Source of the DNA: Candidatus Eiseniibacteriota bacterium
GTDB lineage: Bacteria; Eisenbacteria; RBG-16-71-46; JABDJR01
Direction of reading: 5' to 3'
DNA length: 64,000 nt
Assembly: GCA_963783375.1 (NCBI GenBank)
Contig: CAWANH010000028.1
Span: 1,440,001 to 1,504,000 of the forward strand
The notes under the pieces were generated by a model. The model saw nothing but the letters and a program-made list of their open reading frames with translations. It did no database searches and was not told the DNA's origin. Below are positions 19,696 to 30,378 of the stretch, piece by piece. The first letter of the stretch is position 1; each line of letters begins with the position of its first letter. A program made the translations under genes and the position numbers.

Positions 19696-20592
19696 CTAAC
19701 GGCCCGGGTTCGGCACGAACGCCCTCGACCGGCCGGTCGCGCTCCGGTCCCCGAGCCCGCTCAGGTCGACGGCCATGTTGGCCAGGGACTTGGGGATTCC
19801 CAGGAGGCCGCCGCCGCCCCGGCCCTGGGTGACGTCGCCGTTCAACCAGGCGCTCACCTCCTCCAGGTCGGCCAGATCCAGCGGTTTCATCACCGCCCGC
19901 ACGGTGAGGTAGTAGCTCTTCCCCCGGTCGAAGCGGTCGGGGGTCCCGAGCGGCACCTCGTGGATGCGCTCCAGGAAGGCCCGAAGCGCATCGGGATCGC
20001 CGAGGGTCACCGTGCTCCGGTCCGGGCCGATCATCTCGTAGGTTCCGCGCCAGACGTCGCGGCGGAACCGGTAGACGTAGGGTTGGCTGTGGATGAGGGA
20101 GTCCCACCAGCCGCTCCGCTCGCGCCAGAGATCGATGACCAGGGTGAGGGTGGCCGGGATGCCCTCGCCCAGGGTTTCGTTCCCCTCCTCGAGCACCCCG
20201 GAGAGACGGAACGTCGCCACCAGGGTGTCCCCCGGCGCGTAGCGGACCCGCGGCGCCGGAATAACCGCGCCCGAGTTCGCTTCGTCGGGGGAGCCGGCCA
20301 CCGAAGACGCCGGCGGGAGACTGTCCCCGGGAGCGGCCACCGTCACGCCGAACGCGGCCGCGGCCGACCCGGGAAGGGCGGCGACCAGCCCCAGGCCAAA
20401 GAAACACAGCACAACCAGGCACGGCACCGTTGGGGACAGCGCAACCAGGCGCCCCGCAGACCGACGGCGCCCCGCAGACCGACACCGCGCCGCCGCCGAC
20501 GTGGCAACCCGCCTCCATGCCTCCGGGCCAAGCCCCGCCGGCCGCAACACAAACCTGCGCCCCGTGACCGGGCCCCGCGCGCGCGGGCGCAC
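19696..20592 (-). CDS. DUF4390-like exported protein (start uncertain)
   Basis: LGEGIPATLTLVIDLWRERSGWWD...; position between an Omp85-like gene and ntrYX-like genes is typical. Confidence 0.6.
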   Translation of the reverse strand: MRPRARGPVTGRRFVLRPAGLGPEAWRRVATSAAARCRSAGRRRSAGRLVALSPTVPCLVVLCFFGLGLVAALPGSAAAAFGVTVAAPGDSLPPASSVAGSPDEANSGAVIPAPRVRYAPGDTLVATFRLSGVLEEGNETLGEGIPATLTLVIDLWRERSGWWDSLIHSQPYVYRFRRDVWRGTYEMIGPDRSTVTLGDPDALRAFLERIHEVPLGTPDRFDRGKSYYLTVRAVMKPLDLADLEEVSAWLNGDVTQGRGGGGLLGIPKSLANMAVDLSGLGDRSATGRSRAFVPNPGR

Positions 20593-20646
20593 CCCGGCCC
20601 GAACCCCGGCGCCCGCATCCGCTCATGTCCGGCCCCATGCGCTTCC

Positions 20647-22264
20647 CTAGAACGATTCCTGGAAGCGGAGGAACGCCTTCACCTCGGCGTCGGATCGGTT
20701 CACGCTCCGCCCCACCAGGAAGGAGATGCCGTCTTCGCCCAGGCGGAAACCGGTCCCCAGATCCACCGGAATGAACTGATCGGTGAGCGAGCCCTTGTCC
20801 CAGGCGGTGCCCGCGTCCAGGAAGACCAGAGCCGAGCTGGTTCCGCCCACGTGGAAGGCGTACTCGAGGTTGGCCAGCGCCATCCGATCCCCGGTCAGGC
20901 TCCGGTAGTCGTGGCCGCGGAGCGTCCCCAGGCCGCCGAGCACGTAGCGCCGCTGCAGGGGCAGCATCCCGCCCCCGGATTCCCCGGTCCCGGCCAGGAA
21001 CCGCGTCGAGATCGACTGCCGTCCGCTCAGCCGGAAATAGGTGCGGAGATCCGCGGCCACCCGCCAGAGGTCGAAGTCCCCGCCCAGGCCGGCGCCCGCC
21101 CGCTCCCAGCCCACCCGGTAGTAGTGCTCCACCCCGCCCCAGGCCGAGCGGGAGAGGGGATCGGCGCCGGGGAGATCGCGTTCGCGCGGGCGGCTGTCGT
21201 AGGCCGCGGTGACGTCGTAGGCGTGATAGTCCCCCTCGGCGATCGCCGGGTTCTCGCCGAAGTTCTCGGTCTGGCGGAAGAGCGACCAGTCCGCCTCGTT
21301 CCGGAGCGTCTTCTCGGTTCGCGAGGTCACCCCCACCGAGAAGCTGAGGAAGGGAGAGGGGTAGACCCCCACGAACGCCCGGCCCCCCTCCGCCTCGTAC
21401 CAGTCGCGATAGTCGCGGTGGAGGAAGAAGGCGCTGGCCGAGTTCTCGCCGTTACCGATCACCTCGTCGCCGTAGAAGGTCGGAAGCACCGACCGGTAGG
21501 CGTCGATACCCACCGTGGCCTTGTGCCGGGGGGCCACCGGCTGCTCGAACCCCAGGCCGTAGTCCCCGCGCCGGGAGGCGAAGCCGTAGCCCAGCTCCGC
21601 GTGCCAGGCGGGAACGTACTCCCTTCGGGGAAGCGGCCGCTCGACCGCGGCGTAGACCGCGAACCCCTGGATGCGGTTGTAGCGCCCCCAGCTCCGGAAG
21701 ATCGCATGGTCCCGGTCGCCCCAGGCCAGGCGATCGGACTCGAAGACGATGCGGGGCTGGGGCGCCGGCTCGCCCGGCGGTTCGGGACGGGTGTCCCCGT
21801 CGAGGAAGGTGAGGCGCACCCGCGCGGGAGGCGCGGCAGCCGAGTCCGCGAGGGACCGGGGCGGTCGAATCGCCCGGCGCGGCGGCGACGGCGGCTTCCG
21901 CCGAATCGCCCGGCGCGGCGGCGACGGCGGCTTCCGCCGAATCGCCCCTCGCACCGGCGACGGCGGCTTCCGCCGAATCGCCCCTCGCACCGACGACGGC
22001 GGCTTCCGCCGGTTCCCCGCCGGCCACCTCCGCCGTCACGGCGGCGGCCAAGTATTCGGGCGGAGTGACCGCGGCGTCCGCCCCCGCGGCCGCGGCCCTC
22101 CCGGGATCCGGTGCGCGCCCCGCCGAGGCCTCGGCGGGCGAGCCCAGGGCCCCGGAGACCCAGAAGAGGACCATGGCGGCGAGGAGGAACACCCCCGCCA
22201 GGATGCCCAGCCCGGAATCACCGGAAACCGGGCGCTGGTGTCTCGTGACCGGCGCTTTGTTCAT
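20647..22264 (-). CDS. BamA/TamA (Omp85-like) outer-membrane beta-barrel with apparent frameshift near 21855
   Basis: YNRIQG, LGGLGTLRGH, terminal FQESF. The signal peptide and Ala-rich repeats are in a different frame from the barrel. Confidence 0.75.
21866..22009. repeat. Four tandem 36-bp repeats (12-aa AEAAVAAAPGDS linker)
   Basis: Unit CGAATCGCCC...GACGGCGGCTTCCGC x4. Confidence 0.9.
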
Positions 22265-22481
22265 GACGCATGGACCCCCAGGAAATGTGCGGCGCGTGCC
22301 GCGGCCCCCAGGTCCCAAGAGCAAGCCTCGTTCCACCCGTCGGTCCCCCTTCGTCATCCAAAACCGGCTTTCCGCCAAGGGGTTGGGATCGCGCCTCCCG
22401 GTCCCCCCGCCGCCCCCCTGTGGCCCGCGCGCCACGCCTGTGGCGGCGGCGCCACGGTTCGCGCCACCGGTCGCCCCGGGG

Positions 22482-23894
22482 CTATCCCCGCTCGATCCCC
22501 AGCCGCCGCATCTTCCGGTGGAGGTTGGCCCGGTCCACCCCCAGGGTGCGCGCGGCCTGGCTCACGTTCCATCCCGCCTTGACCAGCTCCGCCTCCAGGA
22601 TCTCCTTCTCCGCCGCTTCGAGGAGCCGCTTCAGGAGCCCCTCGTCGGAGTCGCCCCCGGCGGCGTCCAGCTCCAGGCTCACGTTCATCGTCGCGGACTC
22701 GGGGCTCTCGCCGAGGAGGCTCGCGACCTCGGCCGGTCCGACTTCGTTTCCCGGGGTCATGATCACCAGCCGCTCCACCAGGTTCCGGAGCTCGCGCACG
22801 TTCCCCGGCCAGCCGTAGCGGCCGAGAATGTCCATGGCCCGGTCGGTCAAGGTGAGGTCCGGCCTCCCGTACTCGGCGCGGAAGTAGTCGAGGTAGTGCT
22901 CCACCAGGAGCGGCACGTCCGCGGCGCGCTCGCGAAGGGGCGGCACCCGGATGGGAATCACGTTCAGCCGGTAGAAGAGGTCCTGGCGGAAGCGGGTCTC
23001 GGCCACCTCGAGGTTCAGGTCCTTGTTGGTGGCGGCGATGATCCGCGCGTCGAAGGAGAGGATCCGGGTCCCTCCCACCCGCTCGAACTCGTTCGACTCC
23101 ATGGCGCGCAGGAGCTTGGCCTGGGCCTCCAGGTTCATGTCGCCGATCTCGTCCAGGAAGAGGGTGCCGCCGTGGGCCAGCTCCAGCTTTCCCCGCTTGA
23201 GCGCCGAGGCCCCGGTGAACGCCCCCTTCTCGTGCCCGAAGAGCTCGCTCTCCACCAGGTCGCGGGGGATGGCCGCGCAGTTGAGCCGCACGAAGGGGCC
23301 GTCGTTCCGGGGGGAGAGATCGTGGATGGCCCGGGCCACCAGCTCCTTCCCCACGCCGTTCTCGCCCAGGATCAGCACCTTGGCCGGCGTCGGAGCGGCC
23401 CGGCGGACCGCGGCCCGGAGCGCCTCCATGACCCCGCTCTCGCCCACCATCTGGTGGAGCCCGCTCCGCTCCTCCCGCATGGCGCGGTTCTGCCGCTGGA
23501 GGGAGGTCATCTGGAGTGCGCGCTCCACGGTGATGGCCAGCCGCTCCGGGGTGAACCCCTTCTCCAGGAAATCGAAGGCGCCGAGGCGCACCGCCTCCAG
23601 AGCCAGCTCGATGGTGCCGTGGCCGCTCATCATGATGACCGGGTGCTCCTGGGGGACCTCGGGCCGGCGCTTGAGGAACGCCACCCCCTCCTCGCCGGGC
23701 ATCCGCACGTCGAGGAGCAGCAGATCCACCGTCCCGCCCTCCCGGGCCAGGACCTTCTCCAACCCGGCCACGTCCTGGGCCTCCAGGACCCGGTAGCCCT
23801 CCTCGCCCAGGTACTCGACCAGGGATTTCCGGACCCGGGCCTCGTCGTCCACCACCAGGATCGTGCGTTTCGGTTCGGCCGCCTCGCTCATCAT
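22482..23894 (-). CDS. sigma54-dependent response regulator (NtrX/NtrC-like)
   Basis: REC (ILVVDDE, LLDVRMPG), GENGVGKE, GAFTGA, Fis HTH. Confidence 0.93.
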   Translation of the reverse strand: MMSEAAEPKRTILVVDDEARVRKSLVEYLGEEGYRVLEAQDVAGLEKVLAREGGTVDLLLLDVRMPGEEGVAFLKRRPEVPQEHPVIMMSGHGTIELALEAVRLGAFDFLEKGFTPERLAITVERALQMTSLQRQNRAMREERSGLHQMVGESGVMEALRAAVRRAAPTPAKVLILGENGVGKELVARAIHDLSPRNDGPFVRLNCAAIPRDLVESELFGHEKGAFTGASALKRGKLELAHGGTLFLDEIGDMNLEAQAKLLRAMESNEFERVGGTRILSFDARIIAATNKDLNLEVAETRFRQDLFYRLNVIPIRVPPLRERAADVPLLVEHYLDYFRAEYGRPDLTLTDRAMDILGRYGWPGNVRELRNLVERLVIMTPGNEVGPAEVASLLGESPESATMNVSLELDAAGGDSDEGLLKRLLEAAEKEILEAELVKAGWNVSQAARTLGVDRANLHRKMRRLGIERG

Positions 23895-25447
23895 GCCTCC
23901 GTTCGTCGGTCCCCGCCGCCCGGGCCGCCGGCTTCGAGAGGAAGGGTGAGGACCACCCGGGCCCCGCCGCCGGGCCGGTCCTCCAGCTCCACCGAGCCCC
24001 CGTGAAGGAGCATGGTCCGCTGAACCAGGCTCAAGCCGAGCCCGGTCCCCTGACTCTTGGTGGTGAAGTAGGGCTCCAGCACCTGGTCCCGCGCCTCTCC
24101 GGGCCATCCCGGCCCGTCGTCCTCGACGGTGATACGGGCCAGGGTACCCTCGCTCTCCAACTTGATCCAGACGTGACCTTCGGGGCCGACCGCGTCCGAG
24201 GCGTTCCGGATGACGTTGGCCAGGGCCTGTCGGAGGAGCGTCCGGTCGCCGTCCACCTGCACCGGGGCCTCGGGGGGCGACCAGGAGAGCTTCAGATCGT
24301 CGTCGTCCGCCCCCGCGACCGCGGCGTCCACCACCTCCCCCAGATCCATGCGGGCGAACTCGGGGACGGGGAGCCGGGCCAGCTCGCTGAACGAGCCGGC
24401 CAGCCGCTGGAGCCCTTCCATCTCCTCCATGATCGTGACCACCGCGCCCCGCATCCTCTCCCGCTCGCCCTCCGGAACCAGGGTCTCGGCCCGCTTCAGC
24501 TTGTGGAGGGAGAAGGTGATGGGGGTGAGGGCGTTCTTCATCTCGTGGGCCATGCGGCGGGCCACCTCGCGCCAGGCGGCCAGCCGCTCGGCCCGGGCCA
24601 GCTCCCGGCGCGACCGCGAGAGCTCGCCGCTCATCGCGTTGAAGGTCTCGATCAGGTGCTCGACCTCCGCGCTTCCTTCGGGGGACACGCGGACCTGGTC
24701 CTCGCCCCGGGCGACCCGCTCCATGCCGCGACCGAGGTTCACCACCGGCCGGCTGACCCGGTCGGCCAGGCGGCGGGCGATCCACACCGAGCCCAGCCCG
24801 AGCCCCACCACCACCAGCCCCAGGGCCAAGAGCACCGCCTTCTGGTTCACCCGCTTCAGGACCGCGACCTGGCGGTAGTAGGCGACGCCGCGGGAGAGAT
24901 CGTCGAGGCGCTGGTAGAAATCCGGCTCCAGGTAGATCCCGGCCACCAGGATCCACTCGGTGGACCCGGGCTCCCCGGCGTAGCCCACGTAGGCCAGGAG
25001 CCCCCGCTCGCTGTCCTCGACGAAGGGATCGGTGAAATCGGCCAGGCGGGTCACGTCGGGGATCGGCCCCGGCCCGGTGAGGAGAGGATCGCGGGTGAAC
25101 TCGCTCAGGAGCTTCCCGTCGGTGCTGTAAAGCTGAACCACGTCGAGGTTGTAGGCCCCGGCCAGGCGCTGGCGGACCCGTTCGGGATCGATCGGGGACT
25201 CCAGCGCGGGATCGGCGGCCAGGAGCTGGCCGCGCTGGCGGAGGTCGTTCTTGGTTCGGGCCATGAGGTCGCGGGCCACCTCGAGGCTCCCCTCCAGCGC
25301 CCGCTGGACCCCCGGGTTTTCCCAGCGCTCGAGCGCGGCCAGAAGCCGGTGGGTGGCGAAGCCGGTCAGCACCAGGGACGGCGCCAGGGTGAGCACCAGG
25401 AAGAGAAGGGTGAGCTGGCCCTTGAGGGTGCGCGGCGCGAAGGGCAT
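23891..25447 (-). CDS. HAMP-containing sensor histidine kinase (NtrY-like)
   Basis: AWREVARRMAHEMKNALTPI, N box, DDGPG, GTGLGL. Confidence 0.92.
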   Translation of the reverse strand: MPFAPRTLKGQLTLLFLVLTLAPSLVLTGFATHRLLAALERWENPGVQRALEGSLEVARDLMARTKNDLRQRGQLLAADPALESPIDPERVRQRLAGAYNLDVVQLYSTDGKLLSEFTRDPLLTGPGPIPDVTRLADFTDPFVEDSERGLLAYVGYAGEPGSTEWILVAGIYLEPDFYQRLDDLSRGVAYYRQVAVLKRVNQKAVLLALGLVVVGLGLGSVWIARRLADRVSRPVVNLGRGMERVARGEDQVRVSPEGSAEVEHLIETFNAMSGELSRSRRELARAERLAAWREVARRMAHEMKNALTPITFSLHKLKRAETLVPEGERERMRGAVVTIMEEMEGLQRLAGSFSELARLPVPEFARMDLGEVVDAAVAGADDDDLKLSWSPPEAPVQVDGDRTLLRQALANVIRNASDAVGPEGHVWIKLESEGTLARITVEDDGPGWPGEARDQVLEPYFTTKSQGTGLGLSLVQRTMLLHGGSVELEDRPGGGARVVLTLPLEAGGPGGGDRRTEA

Positions 25448-25454
25448 GGCCGGG

Positions 25455-26561
25455 TCAGGCCTCCCCGAAGAGGCGGTCGACGGCGCCGGGTTCCGCGGGG
25501 GAGACCCGGGTCAACCGGAGGTTCTCCGTGACGTGGTCGGGATCGCTCATCCCCACCAGCGCGGTGGTCACCCCGGGAATCGAGCGCGCGAACTGAAGGG
25601 AGCGAAGGGCGTCGGTGGGGAGTTCGGGAAAGGCGTCCGCCACCGCGCCGGGGAGATCGCGGGCGAGCCGGGCCTGGAGCAGGCTCGCGCTCGCGGCCAC
25701 GTTCATCCCCAGGACGCGGGCGGCCTCGAGGAGGGTGGCGCCGTCCCCCTGGTTCCGCGTGAGAAGGGCCTCGGTCAGCGCGAGGTTCACCGGGAGCTGG
25801 ATCCAGCGGAAATGGTGGCCGGAACCGGCGACCTCTTCGGCCACCTCGGCCAGGGCGGGAAGGTCGAGGTGGTCCGGAGCCTCGGGGGGGCGGCGGAAAC
25901 CGTTCCAGGTGGCCAGGCCGTACTCCCGGATCCGCCCCGCCGCCACCGCCAGTTCCAGGAAGGCGAAGGCCTCGCGGATGCGATCGAGGAACTCCTCGGT
26001 CCCCACCACCGGCCGCTGGGTCTCGGGGTTGTGCAGGTAGTAGACGTCCACGCAGTCCACGCCCAGGTTCCGGAGACTCGTCTCGAGCTGGTTCATGAGG
26101 TAGGGCGGAGCGAGGCAGTGGGAGAGCTGGACGAAGTCGTCGAGGCTCGCGATCCCCGGGGTGACGAAGGTATCCTGGATGTAGCGGACCAGATCCTCGC
26201 GAGAGGCGGGGGGGCCGCCGTCGAAGGGAACGTAGCCGCCCTTGGTGGAGAGGACGATCTCGTCGCGCCCGAACCCTTCGGCGGAGAGCGCGGCCAGCGC
26301 CGCCCCCACGCTCCGCTCCGAGCGCTGGAAGCGGTAGTTGACCGCGGTGTCGATGACGTTCAGTCCGCCCCGGACCGCGGCGGCCACGGTCCCGGCATAG
26401 GCCCGGTCGGTGGCCTCGTCCGCCTCCCCCAGGTAGGTCCCGATCCCGAAGCTGGCCAGGGTCAGCTCCCCGGCCCGGCGGAAGTGGCCCTCTGCGGCCT
26501 CGGAATGCCGTGTGGCGTAGCGGATTGTGCCTTCGGTGGTGGCGTGGCCGGAGATCGGCAT
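25455..26561 (-). CDS. Aldo/keto reductase
   Basis: GIGTY, IDTAVNY..QRSE, STKGG, YLHNPE. Confidence 0.88.
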   Translation of the reverse strand: MPISGHATTEGTIRYATRHSEAAEGHFRRAGELTLASFGIGTYLGEADEATDRAYAGTVAAAVRGGLNVIDTAVNYRFQRSERSVGAALAALSAEGFGRDEIVLSTKGGYVPFDGGPPASREDLVRYIQDTFVTPGIASLDDFVQLSHCLAPPYLMNQLETSLRNLGVDCVDVYYLHNPETQRPVVGTEEFLDRIREAFAFLELAVAAGRIREYGLATWNGFRRPPEAPDHLDLPALAEVAEEVAGSGHHFRWIQLPVNLALTEALLTRNQGDGATLLEAARVLGMNVAASASLLQARLARDLPGAVADAFPELPTDALRSLQFARSIPGVTTALVGMSDPDHVTENLRLTRVSPAEPGAVDRLFGEA

Positions 26562-26865
26562 GGTTCGGCTCCCGGTGGTTCGGTGACGCCCGGCTTCGGG
26601 GGACATTGAACCCCATGGGGGGCGCGGGGTCCAGGGTCGGCAATGTCACCCCGCCGGTTCGGCGCCGTACTTCCTCACCGAGGGACCGGAAATCCGCGCG
26701 GCCCGGCGATCCGGAAACGCCGACCCTGCGTGAACCGGGGGCCGACTTGCGCGAAACGCCTCCCGGTCCCTATCATTGACCGATTCTATCCGGTTTGTCC
26801 GTCCGTCTCCGGGGCATGTCACCCTGCGGGACGGGTGGTGACCGTACCCCCAGGAGGTTCTGATC

Positions 26866-27303
26866 ATGAAACGTTTGCTGAGCGTGTTCGCGCTCTCTGC
26901 GGTGCTTGCCGTATCGCTCTCCTTCGCCGCCCTCGCCCAGGAAGGCAGCGGCATGGGCATGAAGAAGGGCGAGGAGGGCATGAAGAAGGACGCCCCCAAG
27001 ACCATGACCGTGACCGGCGAGATCGTGGACATGGGCTGCTACATGGGCCACGGCGCCAGGGGCGAGGGCCACAAGGAGTGCGCGCTCAAGTGCATCGCCA
27101 ACGGCATGCCCATGGGGCTCCTCACCTCGGACGGCACCCTCTACGTGCTCACCATGAGCCACTCGGACGCCGATCCCTTCAACAACGCCAAGAAGATGGC
27201 TGCGGACATGGTGGAGATCACCGGTCCGGTGTCCGCGCGGAACGGGGTCAAGTCCATCGAGGTGGACAAGATCGCCGAGGCCAAGACCGACAAGGGCGAA
27301 TAG
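26866..27303 (+). CDS. Secreted Cys/His/Met-containing hypothetical protein
   Basis: Signal peptide; GEIVDMGCY...HKECALKC; GGAGG RBS. Confidence 0.8.
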   Translation: MKRLLSVFALSAVLAVSLSFAALAQEGSGMGMKKGEEGMKKDAPKTMTVTGEIVDMGCYMGHGARGEGHKECALKCIANGMPMGLLTSDGTLYVLTMSHSDADPFNNAKKMAADMVEITGPVSARNGVKSIEVDKIAEAKTDKGE

Positions 27304-27359
27304 CCCGCCGCTCCGTCGACGGACGGCTTGCCGGAAACCGTGTCCGGCCGGCAAGCGGG

Positions 27360-27393
27360 AACCCGGGGGCTCTCTTGAGCCTCCGGGTTTCTT
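27360..27393 (+). terminator. Intrinsic terminator-like hairpin
   Basis: AACCCGGGGGCTC-TCTT-GAGCCTCCGGGTT followed by TCTT. Confidence 0.55.
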
Positions 27394-27455
27394 CATCACG
27401 TCGCTGGATGGCGTAACCTCGGCCTGACCCCGATCCCCCTCGCGAGGAGCCGTTC

Positions 27456-28277
27456 ATGAATCGAAGCCGCATCCTGATCCCGGCCGCCGTCGTCAGCATC
27501 CTGGCTATCGGCGTGGCGGCGGGGTGGAAGATCGTCACCCGGCCCCACCTCCCTCCGGCGGAGCAAGGGAGACGGCTGGCCGAGAACCTGGGCTGCTTCG
27601 GCTGCCACGGCCCGGAGGGGCTCCACGGCGCCGCCAACCCCGGCCGGACCGATGAAACCGTGCCCGGGTTCGGCGGGGTGGTCATGATGTACGCCCACGG
27701 CCCGGAGGAGATCCGGGAGTGGATCGCGAACGGGGTCAGAAACTCCGAGGCGGGAAGCGCGAACTGGAAAGCGCAGCGCGCCAAGGGAGCCCTGGTGATG
27801 CCGGCCTTCGGGGACCGGCTCTCCCCCCGGGAGATCGACCAGCTGGTGTCGTTCGTCATGGCCGCCACCGGCTGGCCCCAGCCCCAGGATCCGGATGCCG
27901 CGCACGGCCTGGAGCGGGCCCGGGATCTGGGATGCACCGGTTGCCACGGCTCGGGCGGGCGCTTCGCCCGACCCAACCCGGGATCGCTCAAGGGCTACGT
28001 CCCGTCCTGGGACGGCGCCGACTTCGCCGACGTGGTTCACGATCGCGCGGAGTTCGGGGAATGGGTGGAACGGGGGGTGAGCCGCCGCTTCGAGCGGAAT
28101 CCTCTGGCCCGGTGGTTCCTGGGTCGCGCGGTGCTCAGGATGCCCGCCTACGGCCGCCACCTGAAGCCGGGCGACGTGGACGCGCTCTGGGCCTACGTCC
28201 GGTGGCTCAACACCGACGCGGCGAAGCTCCCCGGCTACGGAGCGGCAGACCTGGATTCCGAGTACGATTTCGAATAG
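27456..28277 (+). CDS. Diheme c-type cytochrome
   Basis: CFGCH and CTGCH, each with a downstream MPAF/MPAY axial Met; N-terminal anchor. Confidence 0.88.
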   Translation: MNRSRILIPAAVVSILAIGVAAGWKIVTRPHLPPAEQGRRLAENLGCFGCHGPEGLHGAANPGRTDETVPGFGGVVMMYAHGPEEIREWIANGVRNSEAGSANWKAQRAKGALVMPAFGDRLSPREIDQLVSFVMAATGWPQPQDPDAAHGLERARDLGCTGCHGSGGRFARPNPGSLKGYVPSWDGADFADVVHDRAEFGEWVERGVSRRFERNPLARWFLGRAVLRMPAYGRHLKPGDVDALWAYVRWLNTDAAKLPGYGAADLDSEYDFE

Positions 28278-28329
28278 ACGGGCTCATCCCGAGCGCTCGG
28301 ATGTCGAATTCGAATAGCCGGCATCGTCC

Positions 28330-29409
28330 TCAGCGTTCGGATTTGGCCGCCTGGCGGGCCGCCGGCTTCCCCTTCACCTGCTCGTAGCCGAGCTGGCCGC
28401 AGGCGGCCAGGATGTCGAGCCCCTTCGAGTACCGCACGGTCACCGTGGTCCGGTAGGGCCAGAGCCGGCGGGCGAAGGCGTCGACCGCCTCCGCGTCGGG
28501 GCGCTCGTAGGGGAAGAACTCCGAGGGGTTGAACGGGATGACGTTGACCTTGGAGGGGAACCGTTCGGCGATCCGGCCCAGCCGGTCGGCGTCGGCGGGG
28601 GTGTCGTTGAGCCCCCGGATCAGCACGTACTCCAGGGTCACCCGGCGGCCCGAGAGCGCGGCGTAGGCCTCCAGCGCCCCCAGGACCGACTCGATGGAAT
28701 ACTTGCGAGTCACCGGCATGAGGATTTCTCGCACCTCGTCGGTGGTGGCGTTCAGGCTCAGGGCCAACCCCACCGAGAGGTTCTCCGCGGTCAGGCGGCG
28801 GATCCCCGGGGTGACGCCGACGGTGGAGACGGTGATCCGCCGGCCGGACACGTTCAGCCCCAGCTCATCCTGGAGGATCCCGATGGCCTTGAGGAGCGCG
28901 TCCAGGTTGTCCATGGGCTCGCCCATCCCCATGGCCACCAGATTGACCCCCAGGTTGGGTTCGCGGCGGAGGAGCTTCAGGTGCTGGATCTGGGCCACGA
29001 TCTCTCCGGCGGTGAGGTTCCGGATGCGGCCCATCTTCCCGGTGATGCAGAACGAGCAGCGGAACGCGCACCCCACCTGGGTGCTGAAGCAGATGGTCTC
29101 GCCGTAATCGGCCTGCATGAGGACGCTCTCGATCTCCCGGCCGTCGGATAGCGTCCAGAGGAACTTGACCGCGCCGTCCTCCGGGCTCTCCAGCTTCTCG
29201 CGGAGAGTGAGCGCCTGGAGATCGATCGCCCCGGCCAGCTCCGCCCGGAGCGCCTTGGGGAGATCGGTCATGGCGTTGAAATCGAGGATCCCCCGCTGAT
29301 AGACGTTGAGGAAGAGCTGGCGGGCGCGGTAGCGGGGGTGTTCCCGCTCCTCGAACCAGGCCTCGAGCTCGGGCCGGGTGAAATCGTAGAAGTTCGTTCG
29401 AGCGTCCAT
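28330..29409 (-). CDS. rlmN: 23S rRNA m2A2503 methyltransferase
   Basis: STQVGCAFRCSFC, MGMGEP, DILAACGQL. Confidence 0.95.
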   Translation of the reverse strand: MDARTNFYDFTRPELEAWFEEREHPRYRARQLFLNVYQRGILDFNAMTDLPKALRAELAGAIDLQALTLREKLESPEDGAVKFLWTLSDGREIESVLMQADYGETICFSTQVGCAFRCSFCITGKMGRIRNLTAGEIVAQIQHLKLLRREPNLGVNLVAMGMGEPMDNLDALLKAIGILQDELGLNVSGRRITVSTVGVTPGIRRLTAENLSVGLALSLNATTDEVREILMPVTRKYSIESVLGALEAYAALSGRRVTLEYVLIRGLNDTPADADRLGRIAERFPSKVNVIPFNPSEFFPYERPDAEAVDAFARRLWPYRTTVTVRYSKGLDILAACGQLGYEQVKGKPAARQAAKSER

Positions 29410-29605
29410 GGTCCTCATTCTACTTCGTGGGCGGGGTCGGCCGTCCGGTTCGACACCGTCCCCGGGCGACACGGGACGAGAGAGCTTACCATCCCGGTCC
29501 CCCCCACGACGCGGGAAGCGAAAAGGGGCTGTTCATCCGGGGCGCCCTGCTGTATGAATCTTCACATATATTCACATGCGTGTATTCAAAGGATCGGAGG
29601 GGACC

Positions 29606-29974
29606 ATGGATCGGGACCGCCTGCTCGCCCAGCTCAAAGCTCTCGGAGAGGTTGGCCGCCTCGAGATGGCGATCACCCTGGCCGGGGGAGAGTACGGGGT
29701 ATCCGAGCTCCTCGAGATCCTCGGCGTGACCCAGCCCAACCTGTCCCGGCAGGTCAAGGTCCTCCGCGAGGCCGGGGTAGTGGTCGAGCGCCGGGAGGGT
29801 CGCAATGTGTTTTACCGGTTGGGGGACAATGAGTTGACCGGCACGGTGGTGGAGTTGGCGGCCCGGAGTACGCCCGCCGAGGCCTCGGAGAGGGCGGGCG
29901 GTGGGCGCCGGGACGACCGGTGCGCCGGGGCCCTCAGTCGCCGGCAAATCACATACATAAATCTGCATATATAG
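29606..29974 (+). CDS. ArsR/SmtB-family regulator
   Basis: LKALGEVGRL...VSEL...TQPNLSRQVKVLREAGVV..RREGRNVFYRL. Confidence 0.88.
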   Translation: MDRDRLLAQLKALGEVGRLEMAITLAGGEYGVSELLEILGVTQPNLSRQVKVLREAGVVVERREGRNVFYRLGDNELTGTVVELAARSTPAEASERAGGGRRDDRCAGALSRRQITYINLHI

Positions 29975-30378
29975 CCCCGGAGGACTCGGATGAGTCCAGC
30001 GCGGACGACGATGAGGGGCCCCGACGGAGCGACATCGAGGAGTGGCTCCTCTGATCCGGAGGGACCGGCTCTCCGGGCTCCCGGATCGTCTCCCCCGGCG
30101 TCTGGTCCCAAGGGTCGCAAAAAAAATTTATGATCCCGGTTCCGTCTCTTTCTGACCGGGGAAGGTTCCGATATACTGACCACCGGAGGGAGGCGCGAGG
30201 AGGGTCAGGCTCTCCCCGCAAATCCCGACTGAAAAGCTCTAGTTAGGACGGTCCTCTTCCGGTGGAGGGACCTCCGTCCCTGGTTCGATTGCGAAACAAG
30301 CCAGCGTCCCGATCCGTCTTCGACTGGTGTCCCCCCCGGAGACGGTTTCTGGTCGACTGTCCTAGGGAGCTCGTCGTC

